Source: the human T2T-CHM13v2.0 reference genome, Homo sapiens
Assembly: GCF_009914755.1 (NCBI RefSeq)
Contig: NC_060942.1
Length of the DNA stretch: 64,000 nucleotides
Direction: 5' to 3' (one strand)
The translations under genes were made by a program, and so were the position numbers. The first letter of the stretch is position 1, and each line of letters opens with the position of its first letter. The notes under the pieces are model-generated. The model saw only the letters and a list, made by a program, of their open reading frames with translations, searched no databases and was not told the DNA's origin. This document shows positions 19,526 through 38,965 of the stretch, piece after piece.

Positions 19526-19999
19526 GTTAAGATGTTAGAGCATGCAAATAAATACATATGTTAAGATGTCAGAGCATACAAATAAATATGTATGTTAAGA
19601 TGTTAGAGCATGCAAATAAATACATATGTTAAGATGTTAGAGCATGCAAATAAATACATATGTTAAGATGTTAGAGCATGCAAATAAATACATATGTTAA
19701 GATGTTAAAGCATACAAATAAATACATATGTTAAGATGTTAGAGCATGCAAATAAATACATATGGTAAGATGTTAGAGCATGCAAATAAATACATGTTAA
19801 GATGTCAGAGCATACAAATAAATACATATGTTAAGATGTTAGAGCATGCAAATAAATACATATGTTAAGATGTTAGAGCATGCAAATTAATACCTATGGT
19901 AAGATGTTAGAGTATGCAAATAAATACATATGTTAAGATGTTAGATTGTGCAAATAAATACATATGTTAAGATGTTAGAGCATGCAAATAAATACATAT
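19526..19999. repeat. 34-bp minisatellite, 14 copies
   Basis: Unit gttaagatgttagagcatgcaaataaatacatat, copies counted directly. Confidence 0.96.
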
Positions 20000-22949
20000 T
20001 TGTAATCTTTTTCCTTTCTCTTTTTCTTAATTCTAAATCTCCCGCATATTTCTATTTTTTATAGTGGTATCTCGGAGACAATTCCTTAACTCAAAGACTG
20101 ATTATTAGCGGAGGCATTCTAAGCATTTGCAGGCAAGAAGGTTACCTGTTCATTCTCACATTGGGTGTAGGCCTATTACAATTTTACTTTATTTATCGTA
20201 TTGTCTTTTACTTTGTTTTGGAAACCAGACTTTAGTGTATTGAATGAGATCCTGAAACTTAGAACCAGATGGATCCAAGTTTAATTCTTAACTCTAACGT
20301 TGTCTGGAGCACGTCACTGGAATGCTGGGAGCTTCTGTTTCCAAACTTGCAAAGGAGGGCCATCGTAGCTCCTCACTGGGCTCTAGTGGAAATGTCTGTG
20401 AAATCTCTAGTGTAAAGTCCTGTGTCTCTACCAGGCAGCCATTCCCTTCCTTCTTATAATAGAGCCACTTCCCATACACATGCTGAAGTTGGAAAAGTTT
20501 CTTTTCTATCACAAAAAATAGAATCTGGGTGGGGGCAAGAATACTGCTTTTCTGCCCCGGCTTGTTGGGTGTGTGAAACTGTGACTGACACCTTGAAATT
20601 ATGAGGGATTCCCCTTCTACCCACAGAGGCAGAGTGAAAAGATGACAGAGCCTCAGCTGCCGAATTAACCCAGCCAGGACTTGACTACCCATGGAGTCTT
20701 TACCTGAGATGATAAACTCCTCTTGCTTAACACATTTTCAGTTGGGTCTTCTGATATTTGCTATCAAATCACTCTGATGGTTTTGTATTTTGTTTGTTTG
20801 TTTGTTTGCATTGTGACGTTTTGCATTTTAGAAAAGTCCATAAAAGGACTCAGGTAATATTAACTATCTTGATTTTCACTTAAATCACTTGATTTAAGTG
20901 ATTATCCTTGATCAGTCAGGATGAACCACTTCTAGGTGGCCTGTTAATTTAAATAAAAGATGCAGGTGGTCTAGACCAGCAGCTCCCGCCCCCCAATCTG
21001 TGCTCACTAGTCACCAGACACACAGAGTCAGAACAGTGACTGTTTTGAATAGTTACCACAAAGCATCTCAAACTTCATCATCCTCAAATGAAAGATCAAA
21101 TTGGTCTTTTCATAAAAGTGAAAGAGAACAGTATTTAGTGTTACAAAGAACCCTGGCAACTAATGACAGCATTCTAAAATGAACAATCATTAAAGAAATG
21201 AAAATTTCAGAAAAATTTGCATCTTCACCCATTTGACTGCAGTGGAAATGTTACACCGGGTGATGGTATTTGTTAAAATACGTTTGTGTCTTCCCATATT
21301 CAGTTTGATTCAATATGATATTTTCTTGGAGTTTCTGGGGGCATCACCGGTACCCAGAATTCTTGGAAAGGCAGTGGGTGTCTGGCTGGCACTGCCTGTC
21401 ACCCCCCTCCCCAACCCAGCACTAGTCTCCCTGCCTGTCTTTTCACATCAAGAATTAAGCAAAATCTAGCATCCTGATGTAATTTAGGAACAAGCTGTTA
21501 TTTTTTTCTCCCTTAGTCAATAATGTTGTATTGTTTTAGAATTAGAATATCTTTTACAATCTCATTGTAACTCAATCTAATCTTCATTTAAATTAAAAGT
21601 AAATTTGCAAAGCAAAAGGAACAATAGTAACCTGCTCAAATCATTTAGACCAATGAGACACTTGAGAAGATCAACAGGGATTTGGGTGGGGGATAGAGGA
21701 GGCAAAAACAAGCTGGTTGGCTTGTTCTCATTTCGTTTTGGCATATGGCATTTTCCCAGATGCAACGCTGGGTTTACCAGGTGGGACAGTTTAACTGGAA
21801 TTTCAGTTCACCGCCAAAATGTTGTATCCTGGTGCTGAAAGGGGACATGAGGAAACTTTTTTGGAGTGGTGGCAATATTGAATATTTCCATATCTGATAC
21901 CTTGATTCTGGTGACACCTATATGACTATTTGTCAAAATTCACGGAGCTGTACACATTAAAAAGTGAAGTTTATTAAATATGTTATTGAATGTAAATGTT
22001 AAACCTGATTTAAAATAAAATAAAATTTTATTAAAATGAAAAAGAAGATACCATATTAGTAATTTCACAGGTCAAATGCAGCCAATTTGAGTAAAATCAT
22101 TTTGCTCTCTTTTGAAAGGGCATTGAGGTTTTTGTTTGTTTGTTTGTTTTAATACTTTACCTCTATTCTATTTTGTTATCAAGTCTCTTCCAGGGAATAT
22201 CATTTCAGAGGCTGCAAACTTGAGTTTACTATAGAATCCTTGTGAAATGATCTCATTCTTTATTTTAAAAAATTGTATCTTAGGTCCAAAACCAGAGGTA
22301 AGAGGGATCTTGAAAATAACCCACAGTTATACAGAAAACCGTCTGAAAACATAGCCTTATCCTAGACTATTTTATCTAGTTCACCTCTTAACACATTCCT
22401 TAGAGCGGTAATCACTTATGTTTTTGCTTTCAATTTCTTGAGCTGTAAAATGTAGGGTGGATTGGATTAGCCTTATTTATGCCACTCAGATTGCTAGTAG
22501 TAGCTGCTTGGAAGTACCATGCAGAGAGATGCACAGTGATCTGCCTTCCATGGGCACGGGCTTCAGGGAGCAGAATGCGGGGAAGGGGTGACACCTGACA
22601 CCTATTTGCTATCTCCACTCTCCTCAAGGCCGTCAGCTCCACAGGGATTGGGTCCTGTTAGTTTTATTTCCTTCTGTATCCTCAGTTCTTAGCACAAGGG
22701 AATTCCAAGGGTGTTCAGTAACTCATGTTACAAATGAATGATGATTTGTAAGGTGCTTTTTGGCTCCAAAGATCTGAAGGTTGAAACTGTGACAGGCAGT
22801 GGGCCTCAAATCAGGGCACAGCTTGTCCCTAAATAGTGAGTTATTTTTGAAGCGTCCCTAGAGATCTCTGACACACAGACCCTTCTCACTACCTCTTTAG
22901 GTTCTTTTTCACTAGCTGCAGATTTAGATTGTAAATAAAATACAGCTGG

Positions 22950-23247
<298 letters not shown>

Positions 23248-23786
23248 TCAAAAAATATGAAAAGAAGATAAAAATTACTTGTGATTCAATCATCTAGGGG
23301 TAGCCACTGTGAACATTCTAACGTCCATTCTTTCAAATGTCTTCCTGTGTGTGTATACATATATACATATCTACATAAGCACACACAGACCCTCATTTGT
23401 GTAAGTGGAATTATAATATTCATACAATTCCATTATCTTCTATTTTTACTCAACAATTTATTAATGGTCAATTAATATAGCTCTGTAATATTCCATTGTA
23501 TGGATGAGCCGTATTTATTTAATCAGTTCTTTATTTGGGAACATTGGTTGTTTTCAAATTCTTATCCTTTAAACTCTGAATACTCTCCTACTTATATGTT
23601 TTGTTTCTTGATAAACACATTCTTCACATAAACTCCCAATGGTGGGATTACGCCGTCAACAGTACTAACATATCACATTTTGAAACCGAATGGCAAAGTG
23701 TCCTCCTGAAAAGTTATTCCTCTTTGTTCTACCAGTAATCATGCTTGTGTGCTCATTTTTAATATGCCTCTCTTGGGTTTAGGTAA

Positions 23787-24121
<335 letters not shown>

Positions 24122-24359
24122 TTAAATTATGCCAATAAGTAAAAATAAAAACAAAAACCAATCGAAAAAACCTCACTATTTGTGAGGGTCCCATCTTGTT
24201 TTGTTCCGATGAGTTGAGTGATCTCATCATGTCCGCCAGGTGCTTAGGAGACTGGATATCTCTTTTGCAGCTCTAGTTTTATACTATGAAGGGGGTACTT
24301 TTCGGTTCCTAGGTGTATTGCACAAAAGCCTTTTCTCCACTTTGGCTACTGACACTATT

Positions 24360-24378
24360 TTGCCACTAGAGGGCGATG
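24360..24378 (+). promoter_or_regulatory. CTCF core motif
   Basis: ttGCCACTAGAGGGCGatg closely matches CCACYAGRKGGCR in unique sequence. Confidence 0.7.
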
Positions 24379-24591
24379 AGGCTGCAGAAACATAATCCTA
24401 AATTGAGCCACTCAATTAACAGGGAGGCGCTGTTAATAATCAGGCTGGGACAACAGGCCTAATGGAGGACGAGCGTTAGAGCCCACGGATCACAATTAGC
24501 ACATTACTATGGTTGTCCTGCTTTGAGATGTGGTTTAGAATGATAAGCAGGAATATCTCTGTCTAGATTTATAGTATCTGGGTAATCTTTA

Positions 24592-24963
<372 letters not shown>

Positions 24964-25062
24964 CTACATCAAGTCCAAAGTAATATTTTAGTTAATCGCA
25001 ATTTGCCACCTAAGAGACAGAAACTCAGTGTAAAAAGACAATCTACTATAATAAGAAAATGT

Positions 25063-25670
<608 letters not shown>

Positions 25671-25897
25671 TTAAACTAGTAGGTGTGTCCTTACAAGGCT
25701 GCTAAGCTACTGTGTTCAGCAGAGCCCTTTCTCCATTAAGATGTCTTGACTGCATCTCCTGTCTACCTGAGGATGGATACACTGCCTCCTTCATTCCTCC
25801 TCCCAAAAGGCACTGAATAAAAAGTGTTTCCCCTAGCTTCCTTTCCAGAGACTTGGATCAGATGAACACATCCAATAAAGAAAAAAACACTCTTAAT

Positions 25898-26030
25898 TTT
25901 TTTTTTTTCTTGTGGAGACAGGGGTCTCTCTATGTTCCCCAGGTGGGCCTCCAACTCCCGGCCTTAAGTGATCCTCCCACCTAGGCCTGCTAAGTGCTGG
26001 GATTACAGGTGTGAGTCACCATGCCCAGCC
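25898..26030 (-). mobile_element. FLAM/Alu left monomer
   Basis: Single antisense monomer. Confidence 0.85.
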
Positions 26031-26369
26031 AAAAAAATTCTCTTTGACACTAAGTCCCCCAACACCTCTAGTCACACTCTCCTGCTTTCTTTCCCTCTCT
26101 TCCGACAAAACAAACTTCTTAATTATTAACCCAGCAGAGGTGGAGCCCAACTTCCACCTTCACTTCTTAGTGAGTGGCACTTAAACCACAACTAAGCAGG
26201 GATGAGATTTTCCCAAACTGATAACTGCCCTCCCAAACAAATCTACATTGACATCATAAATACAGTACTAAGCATTTTATAAGCTTATATATAAGAACAT
26301 ACCTTATTTGAATTGGTGCTAAACTGGGGAGAGGAGAATGCGAGTGGGAACTTGCTCCACATGCAGTGA

Positions 26370-26930
26370 TGAAGCCTGTTCTATGCACCAGCCACAGGTT
26401 CTAGGGGCTGGGAAAACAGCAGGGAATAAATGGAATAAATCTAAGTCTTGCCATTGTGTTGCTTAACATTCTCGTGTGGAATATAGACAATAAAACAGTT
26501 GACCAATACAAGGTGGGGAGTGACAAGGGCCAGGAAGAAGAATCAAACACAGAAGAGCAGAGAGGGCAATGGAGAGAGCTACTTTGGGTAGGGTAGGGGG
26601 AATGTGAACAGAGGTCTGGTTGCAGAAGGGAGGGAGCTACCTGGAGACAGAGGAAGCATATTCCATGTACAGGCCTTAGGGCTGGAATATCTCTGGTAAG
26701 TTGAAGAACAATGAGGCCAGAGTGGCTGGAGAGGAGAGAGAGAGAGAGAAGGAAAACGTTGGAGGGTAACTAGGAGCAAGGTTCTGCAAGGTCTTGTTGA
26801 CCATGGCAGGAATTTGGGGTTTTGCTCCAAGTGTGATGGGAAGCGTGGGAGGGTTGAGAGTGAAGGAGTGGCATGATCTGATTTATGTAATAAAAAAATC
26901 ACTTGAGTGGCTGTGTGGTATGAAGGAGAA
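26370..26930 (-). mobile_element. L2 relic
   Basis: ggagtggcatgatctgatttatg and ccagagtggctggag L2-like motifs. Confidence 0.65.
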
Positions 26931-27929
26931 AAATAAACAAACGTGCATTGCATACCTTGTGCTGATAACGAACTATGAATGAAAAGAAGGATTAACTCAA
27001 TTCTGAGCCTGAAGTTCATGAAAGAATAAAAAAGGAAGGAAAGGGGGGGAAAAGGAAAAACAAAAGGTATTCCTATAAACTATTCTCCATCCCATGAGAC
27101 AACTGTCCATCATTTCTCTATGGATTTTCTCAAACACTTCATAATTCTGCCCCCAGTGTTGGATTTGGGTATGATTGGAAGTATCAGTAAAAATGTATTA
27201 TATAGATATAATGAGCTCTGTCCACTAAAATGGCCTAGACGCAATAATAACCCAGTGGCAATTAGCAAACTAGGCACCTAGCTCTCACTCTCTAAACACA
27301 ACAACTTCCCTATTAAAAGGAATTAGGGGAAAAAAGAAATTAGGCATCTTTGAGGATATGGCTGATTTCTAGAATATCTGCTTATGCCAGAAAACAGTGA
27401 GCTGTGGTTGAAGACTGATGGAGATGTGGGAGAGGAAAAGGTTGAAAGGGATCCCACTGGCCAGATTTGGGACAATTAGGGCATCAGAGAGAATCACGGC
27501 AGTGATGGTACTAACATTTTAATTTTTTTTTTTAAATAAACAAGCAGTTAAGTAAGTAGATGGCAGATAGTGGGAACCAGGTTCCACCCTGTTGGAGGAG
27601 GAGGTTACATATGAACAAGGAGAGGCTAGAATGATCCGTGTGGTCCTGGATTGGAGTTGGAGATGCTGTGAACTCATGTTTAGCTTATATACACACAGTG
27701 ATTCCACGTAGAAATTCTTAAAGATGGGTGTGTGTGCTCAGGTTCACGTACACACATATGTTTCTTTGCTTTTTCAGGGGAGATGGCCCAGAAGTAATGA
27801 CATTCCAGGAGCAATAGGCACACCTAGCACCCCGATCTTGGTTTCTGTCTAGTGTACCCCAGTAAAAGGAAACAGAGGTCCTTGAAGAACTGGCTGACTC
27901 TAGGGCCAGGGCAGAAAATACACATGAAG

Positions 27930-28085
27930 GGGCCAGGTGCGGTGGCTCACGCCTGTAATCCCAGCACGTTGGGAGACCGAGGTGGGCAGATCACTTGAGG
28001 CCAGGAGTTTGAGACCCGCCTGGCCAACATGACGAAACCCCGTCTCTACTGAAAAATACAAAGAATTAGCCAGGTATGGTGACTC
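27930..28085 (+). mobile_element. Alu left monomer
   Basis: Left arm only. Confidence 0.85.
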
Positions 28086-28202
28086 TGTCCCCCTCCCCCG
28101 CCCCCAAAAAAGAAAACATACACAAAGAGCCTAGAGCATCTTGTAGTGCCAAAAAGTAAGGACACACTTAAAGGAAAAAACTAACCAAAAATACTGCAAT
28201 GA

Positions 28203-28825
<623 letters not shown>

Positions 28826-29148
28826 AAGCCATTTGAATAACACAGTAAAGACATTACTATAGGATTATAACCCCAAGTATTACATGAGTCCATACTTACA
28901 TAAGGAAATGATTGAATAGATAAACAAATGGGGGAGAAGAGACAAATCCCCCCCAGCAGATGAATTCGAAACACTTTATGTAGATACTTGAGAAGCTGTG
29001 GCAGGTCTCCTCACTTGCTGGCAGTATATGCCTTGGAGGTGATGTGATTCCAGTGGCATTTTACCCCCTGGTGTCCTCACCAAAACCCATTACCCCAGTC
29101 TAATCATGAGGAAGAACATCAGACAAATTGAAATTGAAGGACATTTTA

Positions 29149-29644
<496 letters not shown>

Positions 29645-29833
29645 TCAAAATAAAGTGCGGACTTCAGTTAACAATAATGTAGTAATATGGGTTCATTAAT
29701 TATAACAAATGAGTCATACTAATGTGTTAATATTAAGGGAAATGAGATGTGGGCGGTATGGGCACTGCCTGTAGTATCTTACCAGTTTTCCTTTAAGGGT
29801 AAAACTGTTCACAAATTGAAAGTCTGTTGAACA

Positions 29834-30118
29834 GGCCAGGTGCAGTGACTCATGCCTGTAATCCCAGCATTTTGGGAAGTCAAGGTGGGTGGATCACTTG
29901 AGGCCAGGAGTTAGAGATCAGCCTGGTCAACATGGCAAAACCACCTCTACAAAAAAATACAAAAATTAGCCGGGTATGGTATGGTGGTTTATGCCTGTAG
30001 TCCCAGTTACTTGGGAGGCTGATGTGGGAGGATCACCTGAGCCCAAGGCAGTCGAGGCTGCAGTGGGCTGTGATCAGCCACTACACTCCAGCCTGGGTGA
30101 AAGAGTAAAGCCCTGTCT

Positions 30119-30149
<31 letters not shown>
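29834..30149 (+). mobile_element. AluJ
   Basis: Full dimer with long A tail. Confidence 0.92.
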
Positions 30150-30152
<3 letters not shown>

Positions 30153-30426
30153 AGTGAGCCCTCTAATACACAGAAGAGAAAGATGGAGAATGCAGTTAGT
30201 AAATGGAGAGGGAATGAGATACAGTTCTCATTATAAATCACCATTTTGCAATCCTTGACATAGTAATTGATTCCCCAAAAGCATCCATGAATGCTAAAAC
30301 TACTGAGTGAAAGACAGCTCAAAATAGGATTTTCATATAGCCTCAGGGAATCACCCTACAGATTATTTATTAACCACAAGGGGTGGGGGAAATGTACCTT
30401 GATAGAAAAGAAATCTAAAGATTTCT

Positions 30427-30767
<341 letters not shown>

Positions 30768-31164
30768 CTAAATAATCATAGCCTCTCCAACAGTAGGGTC
30801 ACCTGATACCTTGTGCCTCCCAATATGATGCAATAGAAAGTGCACAGTGTCACCTGTGAAGAATGTTAGCTGAAAAAATGGTTTGTCCTGAACTTATTCA
30901 TGAGGAATCAGACTCAGAATGTGGAACACTCTGCACAAGAGCTGTCCTGGACTCTTCAAAAGAGTCATTGCTCAGCAAAACAGAAAGCAAGGTGGGGAAG
31001 AACTGTTTTTGGTGACAAGAGGTTAAAGAGACATAACAAACAAATGCAATGTGTACATTTTTTGTTGAGTCTTAGATAAAGATAACCAGGGTCACTTGAA
31101 TATGGACTGTATAACAGACAACAGAGACTGTATGTCCATTTTTAAAAGTTGTGATAACATTTCC

Positions 31165-31957
<793 letters not shown>

Positions 31958-32375
31958 TGATAAAATTTTCATTACTAGAAAAATGTTCTTATTCTCTGGA
32001 AATGCTTGGTGTAGTATTTTGGAGTGAAGTGCTATGATTTCTGCAACTTTATTATTTAGCAAGAAAAATTGTGTGTGTGTGTGTGTGTGTGTTTCCATAT
32101 ATATGGAAATAGAGACAGAAATAAAGAAAATTTATAAAATGTTAACAATTGGTAAATTTGGTGAAGGATATATTCATTATACTATCGTTCTTTTTCTTTC
32201 TTTAAGAGACAGGGTCTCTGTCGCCAGGCTGGGGTGCAGTGGCAAACCCTAGTTCACTGCAGCCTTGAACTCCTGGGCTCAAGCCATCCTCCTGCCTCAG
32301 CTTCCCAAAGTGCTAGGATTACAAGTGTGAGCCCAACCTCACTGTAATATCTTTCAACTCTTCTGGAGATTCTCA

Positions 32376-32787
<412 letters not shown>

Positions 32788-33042
32788 GAGAGTACAGTAT
32801 ATAATGGTTTTATGATCTGTCAATGTGCACCTCTTAAAATGGCGAAAGAATGGTAAGAACATATGCAAAAAAAGTTTTTTTTTAACGTTTTCAGTAATTA
32901 TATTGGAGTAAGTGTATTTAATATTGTTATTCTGAGACTGATGTGTGTGCATTGTTGGATAAAGCACATGAACAATTCTAAGATATTCTAAAAATAATAA
33001 TAAAAAGTTGAGAAATAAATTCCAAACTCACAATATATTTTA

Positions 33043-33312
<270 letters not shown>

Positions 33313-33330
33313 CTAAAATACTCATAATCA

Positions 33331-33822
<492 letters not shown>

Positions 33823-33904
33823 TCAGTAGCTTTGGGGATGATTTAATCTTATTTGGAGAGAACATTAAGGATTCGAATTTGAGGCTGTTCCTAAGTGTGA
33901 AGCC

Positions 33905-34863
33905 TGAGTCACCGCCCCTCCCAGTGTGGACCTAGATCAGAAAGCACTATTTACATACAAAGATCTCTGCCTCCGCCCCTGCCTTGGGGCTGTTCTCTGC
34001 CCTGGGCAGGGAAATTCCCTCTGGTCAAAACATCCTGCAAGGCATGGAAAGCAAAAGCATAAACTGCAGTTCAAATCCACAAATACCCCTTTTCTGGTAT
34101 CTCCTTAATCCCTTCTGTTCATCACAGTTTAGTTTACAAAATTATTGCTTTGGAAGTCACAGCTGGAACAAGTCTGAGCTGGTAATGTCCAGTAGGACAG
34201 AAAACAGAAAGCGAGGGCCAGCGCGGTGGCTCAAGCCTGTAATCCCAGCACTTTGGGAGGCCGAGATGGGTGGATCACTTGAGGCCAGAAGTTCAAAACT
34301 AGCCTGGCCCACATGGGAAAACCCCATCTCTACTAAAAATACAAAAATCAGCCAAGTGTCATGGCAGGCACCTGTAGTCCCAGCTACTTGGGAGGCCAAG
34401 GCAGGAGAATTGCTTGAACCCAGGAGGTGGAGGATGCAGTGAGCCGAGATCATGCTACTGTACTCCAGCCAGGGCAACAGAGTGAGCAGAAAGAAAGAGA
34501 GAAAGTGAGAGAGCAAAGCGAGAAAGCAAAGCAAGAAAGCAAGCAACGCCTGGCTGGTTGCTGGAAAGGGAGCCTGGTGTGAGCGGACAGGGAGACCCCA
34601 GGCAGCTAGGGCTCTTATTGGGTCCCCTTGAGGACCATTTGGGTTCCAAGATGGAGCCTTGACACTAGGGTGAGGGAGGGTGTCCAAAGGTAAGGGAACA
34701 CAAAGGGAAAAGTGGGGGGATCCTAGAAAACATTTCACTTACTTCACTCTGCTCCACGTGCTTTCTGGGAAACCATAAAACTGTTGGGCTAAAGAGACTC
34801 CAATTTAGTACTCAGGGAGGCGGAATTTCCCTTTGCTATCTCACCTGATGAACTCTGACGTCA
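33905..34863. promoter_or_regulatory. Candidate inducible enhancer (AP-1, two NF-kB, E-box, GAS, CRE) split by an Alu
   Basis: TGAGTCA 33905, GGGAAATTCCC 34009, CACGTG 34755, TTCTGGGAA 34763, GGAATTTCCC 34822, TGACGTCA 34856. Confidence 0.5.
34216..34490 (+). mobile_element. AluS
   Basis: Dimer followed by a GA-rich tail. Confidence 0.92.
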
Positions 34864-35425
34864 TAGGATACTGGTTGGCTAACTGGTCTTTCCTCTGTGC
34901 AAGCCTCATTTCACTCCCCACCTGGCCCTGGTCCCACTCAACTCAGGAGAGAGGCAGGTGGGCAGCAGGTGTTACCACGTCTCAGAAGATCTGTTACCCC
35001 TTAGATCCTTTACACCAAAGCCCAAGGCAATTGTCTTCATGCAGAAAGCACAGCTGAAACATTAAATACCTCACCCAGGAAAGTGGCGACCTGTGGGGAG
35101 GCAAGGGAAGGAGACTGGATGGTGGGGGGAAGGAAACTTAAAACCTAGCTTAAAAAGGTTAATTGTTCAGCTGGATGGCATGGTTACAAATGTCCACTGT
35201 GCAGCACGAGGTCTAAAAGATTTCATAATATGTTTTAAGTATACCATACTTCAGTGCAAACTTTGGAATGCATAGTTCTGTGATTTTAGTTCAATTCCAG
35301 AAGCATATATAGCCATGAAGGAAGCTTGAGCTATGAGTTAATAGGACCCAGGTGCCTAAGTTGCTGACCAGTCCTGTAACTTTGGGCAAAGCACTCTGCC
35401 CTCTGTGCTTCAATATCCCCATCTT

Positions 35426-36600
<1,175 letters not shown>

Positions 36601-36688
36601 AATTAAAACCTCCATCTTTAAAGGGGGGAAAACCTTGTTCTGCCCACTTCTCAGAAGAATCATGCAAGGAAGTTCTGTAAAAAACCTA

Positions 36689-36990
<302 letters not shown>

Positions 36991-38105
36991 GAGCAACGTA
37001 TAAATGCAAGCCATTCTATGTTTTATTTGGGGTCTGGACTATCCGTGATGTTAAACTCACAATTGCTGGATCTTTAGGTTACTGGCCTAAGGGCTTTTGT
37101 AGGGGAAAGATGGTGTTGAATGATGGAGGAGAATAACATGGTTCCCAAATCATAAACTGAGTTACAGGCCTCCTGGTCGTCACCACTTCTGCGTTATTCT
37201 CATTTCTGTTCTCAACTCTTCTGTAAGTCTCTCTGCAAAACAGCAGCTTTGGGAGAAATTGAATAGTTCTCATCTCACTCTTTTGTGCATGGTGGGGAAG
37301 GCAATATAATTATTTTTCCCCTAAGCATGTACTTAAAAAGTAAACCATTTTAAAGTTTTCTCTATCTCTCCCTAAAGCATTTTCACCTTCAGAAGTTTAT
37401 GTGTCTGAGTCATGGCTATAAAATCACATGGATTTATTTTTAAAATGCATTGTGATTTCTACCAGATTAATATCACTTTAAAACAGCCGCTTTGGGAAGC
37501 TCTATTTCTTACCTATGCTCTTTACTTTGTTTAAAACATGTCTGAAACTCTTCTGGGGTGGCTTTCAGAATATATTTACAGACTGCACAAGAAAAGGAAT
37601 TCTCTGGGCCCAAACTGGGTTTTAGATCCAAACAGTGTTGCCCAGATGGAGCACCCACGTTACTGAAAGAATAAACTCCAAGTTGTTTACAGAAAGCAAA
37701 GCTCCAAAGAAAAAAGATTTCTCACCCTAGACGATATCCAAAGAATAAACTCCGGGCTCAGAAAAGTTTCCAGAACTTTCTTGGCAATGATAGCATTGAC
37801 TGAACCATAAGGACAACCCACAAAGTAACTACCCTTACCTGGATATAAAAGTTTTAGATCAGCTTCTTTTAAAATTGGGCTTTTACATTTTATAATTATT
37901 TTTAACAAATTTTTTTCTGTAGCATGAACTAATGAGAGCATCAGTATTTTTGATAGCTTGTAAATTGAACCAGTGATAAAATGATACTAGAATTTGCTTT
38001 TGGGCAGATAAACTCCTAGATTAATCAGACCAATAGACAATGACAAAGCACATTTTCAATAATGTAGGCACTAGTGTTACATTTTCTATCTGAAAAGTGA
38101 ATTTT

Positions 38106-38448
<343 letters not shown>

Positions 38449-38965
38449 TCACTGTTTTGAATGAGAAAATGATTCTGATCAACAGTCTAACAACAAATGG
38501 ACTCTGAGCAGGGTTAGGAGATCTAGCTGACCTCCATTGCCGCTGGGGAGATTTCATCCAGGACAAAGCCTGACTCTGAAAGTCAGCTCGTTAAAGTACA
38601 TCATAAAACTTTGACTGTTCCTTTTGGAGACCTGGCTAAGCCAACCAGATAATAAAAGACAGATTTATAAGCCTGGTGCCTGCTGGCACCTCAGTAATTC
38701 TAAGTAGCTTGGAGAGGCTCCTAGACGCTTTATTGGTCCTTAGTGGACCAATCATCAATAATGAAGGGTCAGGCAGGAAGGCTCTCGTCTTGTGTCCCTT
38801 GACCACCTGGGCTGTGTCAACCTTCAGCTCCCGTTACAGTGCTTCCCACTTCACGAGGCTGCCTCTCCAAGACACAATGTTCCCTAGGCCCTCCAAAAAT
38901 TATCTTTGCAATTCCGAGAACTTTCTAAATTTAGTTAAAACAGCAACAGACACAGAAATGGACAC

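Noticed and set aside
19526-19999. Minisatellite as a CRISPR-like array
   Set aside because: Head-to-tail units with no unique spacers; primate DNA with no cas genes
20883-20903. aatcactt...aagtgatt hairpin
   Set aside because: An 8-bp stem is expected by chance in 64 kb
37237-37498. aaaacagc(a/c)gctttggga occurring twice ~245 bp apart
   Set aside because: Too short to separate from chance without statistics
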